Shown: piece after piece, positions 9,939-18,991 of the stretch
How positions within the stretch are numbered: the first letter of the stretch is position 1
Layout of the letters: each line of letters begins with the position of its first letter
NCBI GenBank assembly: GCA_963832745.1
Contig: CAWHVC010000001.1
Coordinates: forward strand, 256,001 to 320,000
DNA: 64,000 nucleotides
Reading direction: 5' to 3'
DNA from: Candidatus Bathyarchaeota archaeon
Lineage (GTDB): Archaea > Thermoproteota > Bathyarchaeia > Bathyarchaeales > Bathycorpusculaceae
Notes under the pieces: generated by a model
The model's database searches: none
The model's input: only the letters and a program-made list of their open reading frames with translations
What the model was told of the DNA's origin: nothing
Translations under genes and position numbers: made by a program

Positions 9939-11357
9939 TTGAAAGGGGTGAAAATAAAAAACCAGTTGATTATAACCAGCACTGCCTTCATTGTGATATT
10001 AAGTATAATCATGGTTTCAATTTTTTATTCAGACCAGCAGGCAACAATTCTTGTCAATGACCGCGCGGTTGCCAGCGACATTGAAAACGGAATCAGCAAT
10101 CTAAACCATATTTCCGACAGCTATTTTCTTTATGAGGAAAATTCACAATTATCCGATTGGCAGTCAAATATTACAGCTCTTTACAGTTACGTTTTACAAC
10201 TAAATTCAACCGACAGCAATCAAAATCAAATTTTCAGCACATTATCGTCAGACATCCAAAAAGTGGATAGCGCATTTAATAATAGTGCAGCTTACCTTGA
10301 AAAAACCCCCCGAAATGAGACAATAAGAAGCGATCCTCAATTTCAAGATATTTGGAGCAAACTCTCTGACGCTCTGCAATCTTTCTCAAACGATACAACA
10401 CAACTATCCCAAACTCTACATTACCAAAGCAACACAATCAACATGTCAAACATTTACTTAATCATCTCTTTGTTAATTGCGTTCGCTGTTTACTTGATAG
10501 TAAGCAATTTTATAATTTTCATACGCACACTGCGGACAGTTTCAGAAATAGATGAAGGCATTAAAATTATTGGCACAGGAAACTTTGATTATCCAGTGAA
10601 AACTAAAAAGAGTGATGAATTAGGCGAACTCTCAAATTCTGTAAATCTAATGAGGATACAACTGAAAAGAATAACAACACAACTTAAAGAGCAAGAGCGA
10701 TTAGCCGGTATTGGACAGACAGCTGGAATGGTAGGACACGATTTACGTAACCCTTTACAATCAATCGTTGGTGAAGTCTACTTGATCCAGCAAGAAATAG
10801 AATCTTTTCCAGAGAGCCAAAATAAGGAAAAAGTTAAAGAAAGCATCCAATTAGTTTCAGAACAAATTGCTTACATGGAAAAAATAGTTTCAGATTTGCA
10901 AACATTCGTAAAACCCATTGAACCCCAAAAAGAGTTGACAAACGCAAAAAAATTGGTGGCGAGCGTTTTATCACTAATAAAAATTCCATTAAACATAACA
11001 CTAACTTTAACAGTGGATGATAAATTAACGGTGAATGCCGACCCTCAACTGCTAAAAAGGGTTCTGGTAAACTTGATAAACAATGCAATTCAAGCTATGC
11101 CAAACGGCGGCAGTCTTGGTATAATGGGAAAGACAACATTCGACGGAAAAGTTCAGTTATTAGTCGAAGACACCGGCATGGGTATACCTGACAATATCAA
11201 ATCCAAAGTTTTTACGCCATTATTTACTACTAAATCGAAAGGCCAAGGTTTTGGTTTGGCTGTATGTAAAAGAGTAGTTGAGGCTCAGGGTGGCACAATA
11301 ACATTCGAGAGTCAACAAGGAAAAGGGACAAGATTCATTATCGAATTACCGGCCTAA
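9939..11357 (+). CDS. Membrane sensor histidine kinase (2TM + HAMP + HisKA + HATPase)
   Basis: Two TM helices; HAMP (GNFDYPV..SDELGEL); GHDLRNPL; NAIQAM; DTGMGI; GQGFGL. Confidence 0.93.
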   Translation: MKGVKIKNQLIITSTAFIVILSIIMVSIFYSDQQATILVNDRAVASDIENGISNLNHISDSYFLYEENSQLSDWQSNITALYSYVLQLNSTDSNQNQIFSTLSSDIQKVDSAFNNSAAYLEKTPRNETIRSDPQFQDIWSKLSDALQSFSNDTTQLSQTLHYQSNTINMSNIYLIISLLIAFAVYLIVSNFIIFIRTLRTVSEIDEGIKIIGTGNFDYPVKTKKSDELGELSNSVNLMRIQLKRITTQLKEQERLAGIGQTAGMVGHDLRNPLQSIVGEVYLIQQEIESFPESQNKEKVKESIQLVSEQIAYMEKIVSDLQTFVKPIEPQKELTNAKKLVASVLSLIKIPLNITLTLTVDDKLTVNADPQLLKRVLVNLINNAIQAMPNGGSLGIMGKTTFDGKVQLLVEDTGMGIPDNIKSKVFTPLFTTKSKGQGFGLAVCKRVVEAQGGTITFESQQGKGTRFIIELPA

Positions 11358-11426
11358 AGAACCGATTCAAAAACTATAATCTTGACTAAAATTACTCTGC
11401 AGTATCACCATGGAGAGAGAAGAATT

Positions 11427-11949
11427 TTATCGGCGTCTTTTGATTGCCGCCAATATCCCAACCCAAACAGTCAAGACAACTAAATAGAAAACAAGCCCCA
11501 AAGATGCAGCAACTGCAGCGTTAAAAAGCAATGCTGTAACTTCAAGATCTAAAAGGGCACCCACCGAGAGAAATACAACTTCAAAGTTCCTTAACCCTCG
11601 ATATTCCGCATAAGCAAATATCACAAGTAACGCGGTCCACGTTATGAATATACCGTGAGCGCCACCTACGAAAATGGGGTGAGAAATAACTCGGTTAATT
11701 ATTGAAATTGTTATCAGGAGTAGTGGGACAGTTTTGTTTCTACGAAAAATCTATGAATGCGATAAGGTTTAGCACAATGAAAACTGCGACGTTTGCAACT
11801 GCAATAGGCCAATCGACTGCCAAAACGAAGCGGGAGCTTGGTTCACTCGCAACAGCACGATTTGTAGTCCAGAAAAATATTGAAACAAATTCGCCAACAA
11901 TTGTTAATGCAGTAAGAAGTAGCAAAATCTTGTGCTTGATATCTCGCAT
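11427..11949 (-). pseudogene. Frameshifted multi-TM membrane protein
   Basis: ORF 11740..11949 continues in a shifted frame (FRRNKTVPLLLITISIINRVISHPIFVGGAHGIFITWTALLV) into ORF 11427..11624; the shift is at ~11745-11752. Confidence 0.7.
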
Positions 11950-12065
11950 GGCGAAGTACTGGGTTGCTTTAATAAACGCCTTAAGGTGAATACTTATTTC
12001 TAAATCTGCGAAGGATAAGGTGTATTTTTGTTGTACATAGATACCGAAAGTAGTCTTGATTCAGA

Positions 12066-12251
12066 ATGTTTATATCGGAAATCAATTTTTTTGATAAAAA
12101 CATGATACGCGGAACTAAGCACTCAAACGAAAAAGTATTCGGCAAACTAGCTACTGATTTAGGATATTCTGATAAAGTTCAACATTTAATTTGGCTTTGG
12201 TACCACCCAACAGAAAAATGTTCAACCGACATTTTAGACCAAAAAGTTTGA
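12066..12251 (+). CDS. Small protein, GYS..WY family (start probably 12102)
   Basis: KLATDLGYSDKVQHLIWLWYHP, similar to 9312..9437. Confidence 0.6.
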   Translation: MFISEINFFDKNMIRGTKHSNEKVFGKLATDLGYSDKVQHLIWLWYHPTEKCSTDILDQKV

Positions 12252-12438
12252 CCGATATCTCGTTTTGCGTTTAACATTTATTCTTTGCATTCAAGAAGAC
12301 CATTAAGTCACGCTTTTTAAGCCAAGCATAGTGAGAAAACGTAATTTCCGTGCTGGTCTAAGAACGCTATAGCCTGTTTTGGGTCAACTTGTAAAAAAGT
12401 TATATATTGTGAGGCAGTAGAGAGCACGGGTGTTATAG

Positions 12439-13191
12439 ATGAAAGTAGGACTTTTTGGATTTGGCAGGGCAGGCAAAGCCGTTGCAACAGTACTGCTGCA
12501 AAGTGAAGAAGTAGACCTTTGTTGGGTTATCAGAAAATCAACAAATCTTCAACATCGTTCAGTTCCAGAATTTCTTGGTATTCAACATGATAATCAAGGA
12601 TTAATTTTTACTAAAGACGAGTGGAAACTCGATGACCTTTTCGATAAACACCCTGTCGATGTTATAATTGATTTTTCTTCCGCAGATGCAGTATTATCTT
12701 ACGGTGAAGAAGCGGCTAAACGAGACATCGCAATTGTAACCGCAATATCAAACTACCCCGACCAAACATTAGCTTTTCTGAAACAGTTATCTGAAAATAC
12801 CAAGGTCCTCTGGTCACCTAACATCACTGTAGGCATTAACTTCTTGATGTTAGCAGCTAAAATCCTCAAAACAATCGCGCCTTATACAGATATTGAATTG
12901 ATTGAAGAACATTTCAAAAACAAAAAAGAAGTCTCTGGTACGGCAATAAAAATTTCGCAAACTTTATGCTTACCGCATACGGACATTAAATCTGTAAGGG
13001 CAGGCGGTATTGTCGGTCGTCATGAGATTATTTTTGGTTTCCCTTATCAAACAGTAAGGTTAATTCATGAATCCATAACAAGAGAAGCATTTGGAAACGG
13101 CGCAATGTTTGCTGCTAAGTGCCTTGCTGATAAGAAAAATGGTTTCTACACTATGGAAGACCTGTTGCTACCTTACTTTAATTTATCATAG
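12439..13191 (+). CDS. dapB: 4-hydroxy-tetrahydrodipicolinate reductase (DapB)-like protein
   Basis: GFGRAG Rossmann motif, VIIDFS, SPNITVG, EEHFKNKKEVSGTA, SVRAGGIVGRHEI, ITREAFGNGA. Confidence 0.85.
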   Translation: MKVGLFGFGRAGKAVATVLLQSEEVDLCWVIRKSTNLQHRSVPEFLGIQHDNQGLIFTKDEWKLDDLFDKHPVDVIIDFSSADAVLSYGEEAAKRDIAIVTAISNYPDQTLAFLKQLSENTKVLWSPNITVGINFLMLAAKILKTIAPYTDIELIEEHFKNKKEVSGTAIKISQTLCLPHTDIKSVRAGGIVGRHEIIFGFPYQTVRLIHESITREAFGNGAMFAAKCLADKKNGFYTMEDLLLPYFNLS

Positions 13192-13235
13192 CCAAAGCTA
13201 GTCCTTTCTTATTTTTTGAAAAAATAAAACTATTT

Positions 13236-13643
13236 TTAAGTTGATTTCCCATTAAAGCAGAAGTGTTCTACCGGCTTACCCGAAGACAAGTTGTATTCTT
13301 TGTAAACTTGACATGTGTTGCATATGCATGCTTTACTTGCATCAAGGTCGTTACATGCTGCTTTGCCAATTGAACAATACGGTCCAGGTAACTGGTCAGG
13401 ACTTGGCATTTTCATTTCACCCATCGGGGTCGGCATTGCACTCATTGCACCCGCAGGCATTTCTGAACCTTGCATACCCATTTTAGCCCGCATATCCATC
13501 ATCAGTTTAAGTTTCGGTTTACTGCAGGCACTCTGCGATTGAACTGGACACATTCCACACATACACTTCATTACAACATCATTATTTAGGGGAACCTTCT
13601 GCTCGTCTTTATGTTTGAATAAAGGCACAACATTCACCTCCAA
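13236..13643 (-). CDS. DUF2769-like Cys-rich protein
   Basis: CMCGMCPV..C, YCSIGKAAC, CICNTCQVY..Y, HFCFNG. Confidence 0.75.
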   Translation of the reverse strand: MEVNVVPLFKHKDEQKVPLNNDVVMKCMCGMCPVQSQSACSKPKLKLMMDMRAKMGMQGSEMPAGAMSAMPTPMGEMKMPSPDQLPGPYCSIGKAACNDLDASKACICNTCQVYKEYNLSSGKPVEHFCFNGKST

Positions 13644-13719
13644 AAAAGAAAATATTCAATTAAACAATTTTTCTTGAAGGAATAAAAATGGTTGTTACTG
13701 GCAATTTGCACTCACAAAT

Positions 13720-14180
13720 TTGAGAGTTAGATTAACTGCGTATGAGGATAACGGCCAAATAATCAACTTGTACTTAAACATCCGCACAAAAGGTGCCTAC
13801 ACTAAAGACTGGATAGACATTTACAGTTCCGGCAGAGGCTTCTTAACTCAATCAAATCCGAAGACACAAAGACAGCTTACTTATTTGATGATAATGTTTC
13901 CGTTTTGGAATAACATCCCGCAAGGCGGCACTGTCGATTTTCAAGTTGAAGCTTTAATTGGGTCTGTCCACCGAATAGTTAACGGTCAGAGGCTCCATGG
14001 ATTTTTGAAGACCACGAAAGCGCCTGGAGTAACACACAAACCGTAACAGTGCCGGAACCAACCGCGAATCCTTCAACCATCTGTTCCAGAAATTACCGTT
14101 ATCGCAGTTTTGCCTTTGCTTGCAGCGGCGTCTTTAGCGATATTTCTTCTCAGAAAGAAGCTGCCAAGTTTCAGGCAGGC
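13720..14180 (+). pseudogene. Decayed, 5'-truncated cell-surface protein gene with a PEF-CTERM-like tail
   Basis: Pieces in different frames: LYLNIRTKG...VDFQVEALIG / PWIFEDHESAWSNTQTVTVP / PSVPEITVIAVLPLLAAASLAIFLLRKK. No signal peptide. Confidence 0.6.
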
Positions 14181-14912
14181 TTACCTCTGCAGCAGGTTAA
14201 CTTGACGAATTACTTCTTCCGCTTCAGCAATTCGGCCTTCTGGCACTGGCACACGTACAGTATAAGTTTGTGGACCTGTTCTGCCGGAGAAAACGGTGAA
14301 TCTAAATGTTACCAAGTCAACTCCCCGTTTGTTTTCTAACGTTGCCTTATCAAAATGGGTTAATGGTGCACGCCAACAGTACAATCGATGGTTCATGTAA
14401 ACGGCGTCTTTGGAAATATAAGCTTCCACTGCACTGCTGGAAATGTTTTGCCTATAATTTTGCCATGTTGTAAAACGCCAAGTAAACGCAATTAACCCGA
14501 TTAACCCCAGCATAGTAGCGAACACGTAGATTCCTGCTTCAGAATCAAAAACCCAAAATAAAATCCCGAAAAACAGGGCAAACGCTGTGACCACAAGGAA
14601 AAGCCCCATTTTTTGCTGCATTTCAATGCCGCACTCTTTTTTGCTATAGCTGCTCCATTGGGTCGGCGTGTAGGTCCAGTGTGCCAGCAGGTTTTTGCCG
14701 CTTAAAATGTCATTCAGTTTAATTGCTTGGTTATAGACAAAGCCTGTTGCCACTCCAAAAGTGATGGCTAAAAAGAAGCTGATAAAAGACACTGCGAAAC
14801 CGCCGTCAAATCCATCCAAACCTATGATAGATGGGACAAAAATCATGACTACCCAAAAAACGGCGGTACACAGCAGAATTTGAGCGTTTCTTTTTTGCGG
14901 GTTATTTTGCAT
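14181..14912 (-). CDS. Hypothetical 4-TM membrane protein
   Basis: 243-aa ORF, four hydrophobic segments, LLAHWTYTPTQW motif. Confidence 0.75.
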   Translation of the reverse strand: MQNNPQKRNAQILLCTAVFWVVMIFVPSIIGLDGFDGGFAVSFISFFLAITFGVATGFVYNQAIKLNDILSGKNLLAHWTYTPTQWSSYSKKECGIEMQQKMGLFLVVTAFALFFGILFWVFDSEAGIYVFATMLGLIGLIAFTWRFTTWQNYRQNISSSAVEAYISKDAVYMNHRLYCWRAPLTHFDKATLENKRGVDLVTFRFTVFSGRTGPQTYTVRVPVPEGRIAEAEEVIRQVNLLQR

Positions 14913-15024
14913 GATTGTTTCAAGGCTTGTTTGTTTACATGACTAATAAGCGTTAAACAACATTTTGGCAACATTAAGTTTTTAAGAATGATCAAACCCC
15001 TGAAAATAGTTAAAGGGTTTCTTT

Positions 15025-15483
15025 ATGAAAAGCTTGCTTATTTGTTTCTCGTATCATCATAATAACACTCAAAAAGTTGCACAGACATTCGCAGAGGTTC
15101 TTCCTGCAGAAATTAAATCACCCCTAAACGTTGACCCAACAAGCCTTTTAGGGTACGACTTAATCGGGCTTGGTTCCGGCATCTACTTTGGGAAACACCA
15201 CAAAACACTGCTTGAATTTGCCGATAAACTACCAAGCAGCGAGAACCAGCAAGTGTTCATTTTTTCCACCAGTGGTCAACCAAACAACGTCGAGAAACTG
15301 CACAAGAAGCTGCGACAGAAACTTCAAGATAAAGGCTACAGCGTAATAGGCGAATTCAACTGTCCTGGTTACGATACTTACATGCTAATGAGGTTGGTTG
15401 GTGGCATCCAGAAAGGTCACCCAGACAAAACAGACATTAAAGCAGCTAAAGAGTTCGCAGAAAGCTTAGTCAAGAAAGTTTGA
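15025..15483 (+). CDS. Flavodoxin family protein
   Basis: SYHHNNTQKVA, YDLIGLGSGIYFG, FIFSTSG, GEFNCPGYD, GHPD. Confidence 0.9.
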   Translation: MKSLLICFSYHHNNTQKVAQTFAEVLPAEIKSPLNVDPTSLLGYDLIGLGSGIYFGKHHKTLLEFADKLPSSENQQVFIFSTSGQPNNVEKLHKKLRQKLQDKGYSVIGEFNCPGYDTYMLMRLVGGIQKGHPDKTDIKAAKEFAESLVKKV

Positions 15484-15575
15484 CTAACACGTTGGCATCT
15501 TAAAACATTTTTTAGTCAAGTTTTCTTGACGAATAACGCTTTAAGACCGTAGCGACGAGCCTTTTTTGATGAAAA

Positions 15576-16763
15576 ATGAAGCCCTGCACTGCTCTATCAT
15601 TGATTTTAGTATTACTTACTGTTTTAGCATTTATTCTGCCTGTTACAGCTGTTGAATCGCCGATAGTAGGCGTCAAAAAAGGCGACTGGATAGAATATCA
15701 TGTTGAAAAGACCGGGCAAACCTCTGCCCCTGCAAAGAACATGACTTGGTTCCGCATGGACATTTTGGATGTTGAAGGCTCAGCTTTTGACGTGAACGTT
15801 ACCGTACTTTATGTCAACGGGAGCATATACAGTAGCATTTGGAAGTATAACTTTACGGAAGGCAACTTTGGCGGCTGGATAATCATTCCAGCAAACCTCA
15901 ACCCTGGAAACACCTTCTATGATTCGTGGAGTCCAGCTAACATCACCATTGAGGGACAAGAGCAGAAAATGGTGGCGGGTGCTAACCGAACTATAACGCA
16001 CGCTTGTGATTCAAAGCGAATTATCAAAGAATGGGACAAAGCCACAGGCGTTTACACGTTTGCGGTAGAACGATCTAAAAACATTACGATAATAACGCAG
16101 GCAGTTGCAACTAACATGTGGGCACCTCAAAATCAGGAAACCAAAGAAGTTTTCAACACGTTACTTGCCGTCCTTGTGGCCTTGGTGACTGCAGTGCTGC
16201 TTTTGCTCTTGGTTGTTGTCCGTAAACCCTGCTTTAACCGGCAGCCTTTAAGCGCTGGTGCACAAAAAAAGATTGCCGTCTTAACAATTCTTGGTGTGGT
16301 CCTGTTTGAAGTGGGAACAATCTTCTTTTTCCCTTTTTACGATGTATGCTTAAGTTTTGCAGAAATTAATTTGATAATGCAAACCGCTTGGACAGGCATG
16401 GTTTTTCTCAGTTTATGGTTTAGAAGTAAGGGCAATTATTTTGTTCATGAACTTTTAATGCTAATCGTTATCTCTGCATGGGCGGTTGGTTTAACAGCTG
16501 TGCTTTTCATGGATCCATTTAGTACATCAACAGACGTGTTTTCTAACACTTTTCTGCGTTTAGTAATGAATGTTTTGCATGGCGTTTTTTCTGTTCCTGC
16601 CCTAATTCTTGGGGTTTGGCTTGTAGCGCTTTGGCATCCTAACTCAACAACGTTTCCAGCCAAAAGCCGAAGAATTTCACAGCTAATTCCATTCTTTTGG
16701 ATAGCCTCATATTTTGTGGGCGTTTTGGATTTTCTGTTGCTTCACACACCCATTTTTGGCTAA
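15576..16763 (+). CDS. Secreted N-terminal domain fused to a multi-TM (DUF420-like) domain
   Basis: Signal peptide plus VGVKKGDWIEY...WDKATGV domain, followed by ~6 TM helices with FVHELL and VLHGVF. Confidence 0.7.
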   Translation: MKPCTALSLILVLLTVLAFILPVTAVESPIVGVKKGDWIEYHVEKTGQTSAPAKNMTWFRMDILDVEGSAFDVNVTVLYVNGSIYSSIWKYNFTEGNFGGWIIIPANLNPGNTFYDSWSPANITIEGQEQKMVAGANRTITHACDSKRIIKEWDKATGVYTFAVERSKNITIITQAVATNMWAPQNQETKEVFNTLLAVLVALVTAVLLLLLVVVRKPCFNRQPLSAGAQKKIAVLTILGVVLFEVGTIFFFPFYDVCLSFAEINLIMQTAWTGMVFLSLWFRSKGNYFVHELLMLIVISAWAVGLTAVLFMDPFSTSTDVFSNTFLRLVMNVLHGVFSVPALILGVWLVALWHPNSTTFPAKSRRISQLIPFFWIASYFVGVLDFLLLHTPIFG

Positions 16764-16901
16764 ATCACTTCAAAATAAGCTCCAAAATTTTATTTTGTTT
16801 ATTAAGGCTGATGCCATAAGATAATAGTGAAAGTTTATTTTGTCTTGGATTAGGTGTCAAGGTAAAGTTACTATTCGATTAACATACAAGAAGTAAAAAA
16901 C

Positions 16902-17108
16902 ATGGTAAAAATAGGGGATTGTGTAAAGTGCCCAGAATGCGCTCATATGGGTCACATTGTTTGGGTTTCCAAAAATGGGCAAGTAGTCGGAATACAATGT
17001 TCTGAAACTCACAATGTAGAAGGCCATACCGACTCGTATGGATTCAAACGTTCATCTTCGAAGGCAAACAAAAACAGTGTTTTCCTTGTTAAAACTGCAA
17101 CGTTATAA
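16902..17108 (+). CDS. Small zinc-ribbon protein
   Basis: CPECAHMG...QCSETH. Confidence 0.7.
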   Translation: MVKIGDCVKCPECAHMGHIVWVSKNGQVVGIQCSETHNVEGHTDSYGFKRSSSKANKNSVFLVKTATL

Positions 17109-17116
17109 TCCTGAAA

Positions 17117-17659
17117 ATGCTAAATCAAAACTCCTTGCTCTACAGCAAAATAAAGATAGGTAACGAATCTGAGAAAACAGTCTTGCCTGAAGTTCAGTCG
17201 GGTTTCTACTCAAATTATTCCCGCTTTGTCTTGAAAGCGTTAAGAAAATCTTCATTTCAAACATTTCTTTATTGGATGCTTTTATCGGAAAATATAGAAG
17301 AAAAAACGATAAACACCGTTTGTATTAAAATTTTTCCAGCTCCAGGAAAGAACGGTTTCAACATTGCAGGAAAATGTAACACTTTCAAAGGAAAGATAAG
17401 GATTTACCCTAAAACCAACAACTTCTGTGACGCTTTCAGCAAAAAATTTGGAAAAACAATCCTGATTTCTTACGTGGGAAACAGGGCTAGAGCATCATTG
17501 ATTCATGAATTATTGCATTTAAAATATACTAGTGATGAGCAGAAGGTGAGGGAGTTAACGGAGGCTTATTTTTCGGTTTACCTGAAAAGGCAATTAACTA
17601 AAAATTCTTTGGTTATAAAGGCCTTAATATTTAATTCACAAAAGGCGTCGTTTTACTAA
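17117..17659 (+). CDS. Zincin-like (HExxH) hypothetical protein
   Basis: LIHELLHLKY..DE motif. Confidence 0.65.
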   Translation: MLNQNSLLYSKIKIGNESEKTVLPEVQSGFYSNYSRFVLKALRKSSFQTFLYWMLLSENIEEKTINTVCIKIFPAPGKNGFNIAGKCNTFKGKIRIYPKTNNFCDAFSKKFGKTILISYVGNRARASLIHELLHLKYTSDEQKVRELTEAYFSVYLKRQLTKNSLVIKALIFNSQKASFY

Positions 17660-17741
17660 TTCAAAACGAAATGGTACACACGATTTAAAGCCGCTACCAC
17701 AGGGTATGGAAGATTAATTAAAGATTTCAACCATACTTAAT

Positions 17742-18593
17742 ATGAGGAATTTTGTTTTGGCAATACCTCAAGGAATAAAAATTGAGTTGCCAACAGTTGT
17801 TGACATCGCTTACGAACAGTACAAACTGGATTTGCCAAATCATAAAACAACACGAGATATAATGACATCAAATGTTATCACTATCGCGCCGGATGTTTCT
17901 CTTGATAACGCTGCTCAACTTATGGGTGAAAAACACATTGGCAGCCTAATCGTAACAAATTACGAAACGCCCGTTGGCATAGTTACAGAGAGGGATTTGT
18001 TAAGCAAAGTTTTAGCTTTTGGGCTGTTTCTTACCGACGAAAAAGTCAACGGCATCATGTCATACCCCTTAGCAGGCATTTCTGTAAACGCCACAATAAA
18101 AGAGGCAGCTCAAGAAATGGTTCACAGTAAAGGTAGACTAGCAGTTTTTGACGCTGGAACACTTGTAGGCATAATAACCGCTTCAGACCTCATCAAAAGT
18201 TTACCTGATGTTGAGGAAACTGAAGTTAAAATTGATGATTTCATGACAAAAGACGTAATCACAACTGATGAGAACACGTCCGTTATCAACGCCTCAAAAA
18301 TAATGGGGCAACATCGCATAGGCAGCGTCATAGTTACCCATAACGGTGAACCGTTTGGAATTTTTACTGAACGCGACCTGCTTACAAACTTTCTGGCAAA
18401 AAGCAGAGCTCTTTTTTCAGAAGTAGGATTGGATTGTTCAAAACCGCTTGTTGCTATTCCAGCAGGAACAAGTGTTCACCGTGCCGCTGCGGCAATGGCG
18501 TTAAAACACATAAGACGTTTACCTGTATTGAAAGATGAAAAAATTGTGGGAATAATTACTGCGCGTGACCTTGTTGAAGCTTATGCAAGATGA
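17742..18593 (+). CDS. Four-CBS-domain protein
   Basis: Repeated IMT..VIT...GIVTERDLL / GIITASDL / GIFTERDLL / GIITARDL. Confidence 0.92.
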   Translation: MRNFVLAIPQGIKIELPTVVDIAYEQYKLDLPNHKTTRDIMTSNVITIAPDVSLDNAAQLMGEKHIGSLIVTNYETPVGIVTERDLLSKVLAFGLFLTDEKVNGIMSYPLAGISVNATIKEAAQEMVHSKGRLAVFDAGTLVGIITASDLIKSLPDVEETEVKIDDFMTKDVITTDENTSVINASKIMGQHRIGSVIVTHNGEPFGIFTERDLLTNFLAKSRALFSEVGLDCSKPLVAIPAGTSVHRAAAAMALKHIRRLPVLKDEKIVGIITARDLVEAYAR

Positions 18594-18613
18594 GTTGTGC
18601 CTGTTTTGGAGGT

Positions 18614-18922
18614 TTAGAGAAGTTTTAAGGCTTCAGTGCGGGGGATAGCAGTCAAGACTTCGACGTCGCCGACATCTACGAATGGTATAAGCAGTTTCAT
18701 GGCTTCCTTTTCAGATGGGGCATCCATTATGGTTACAAAATTATAATGACCAAGAGTCCAATATAGTTGCAGCTTTACGCCTTTATTTTCTAATTCTTGA
18801 TACATTTTAGAGAAATTATCTAAAACATCTTTTTTCATGGAAAACTTCCATTTCAACAGAAAAATGAAAATCAAACAATATTCACCACCTTTTATTGAAA
18901 CAAACAAAAAATACCTAGTCAA
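18614..18922 (-). CDS. GYD-domain protein (start probably at TTG, MIFIFLLKW)
   Basis: YWTLGHYNFVTIMDAPSE motif; SD GGTGGTGA lies inside the called ORF. Confidence 0.8.
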   Translation of the reverse strand: MTRYFLFVSIKGGEYCLIFIFLLKWKFSMKKDVLDNFSKMYQELENKGVKLQLYWTLGHYNFVTIMDAPSEKEAMKLLIPFVDVGDVEVLTAIPRTEALKLL

Positions 18923-18991
18923 ATTATGTAGTTAAAAGTTGTGGAGGTAGCCAACTACCGTTAAAAAAAAGAAACTGCCATTGCGGCAGGG

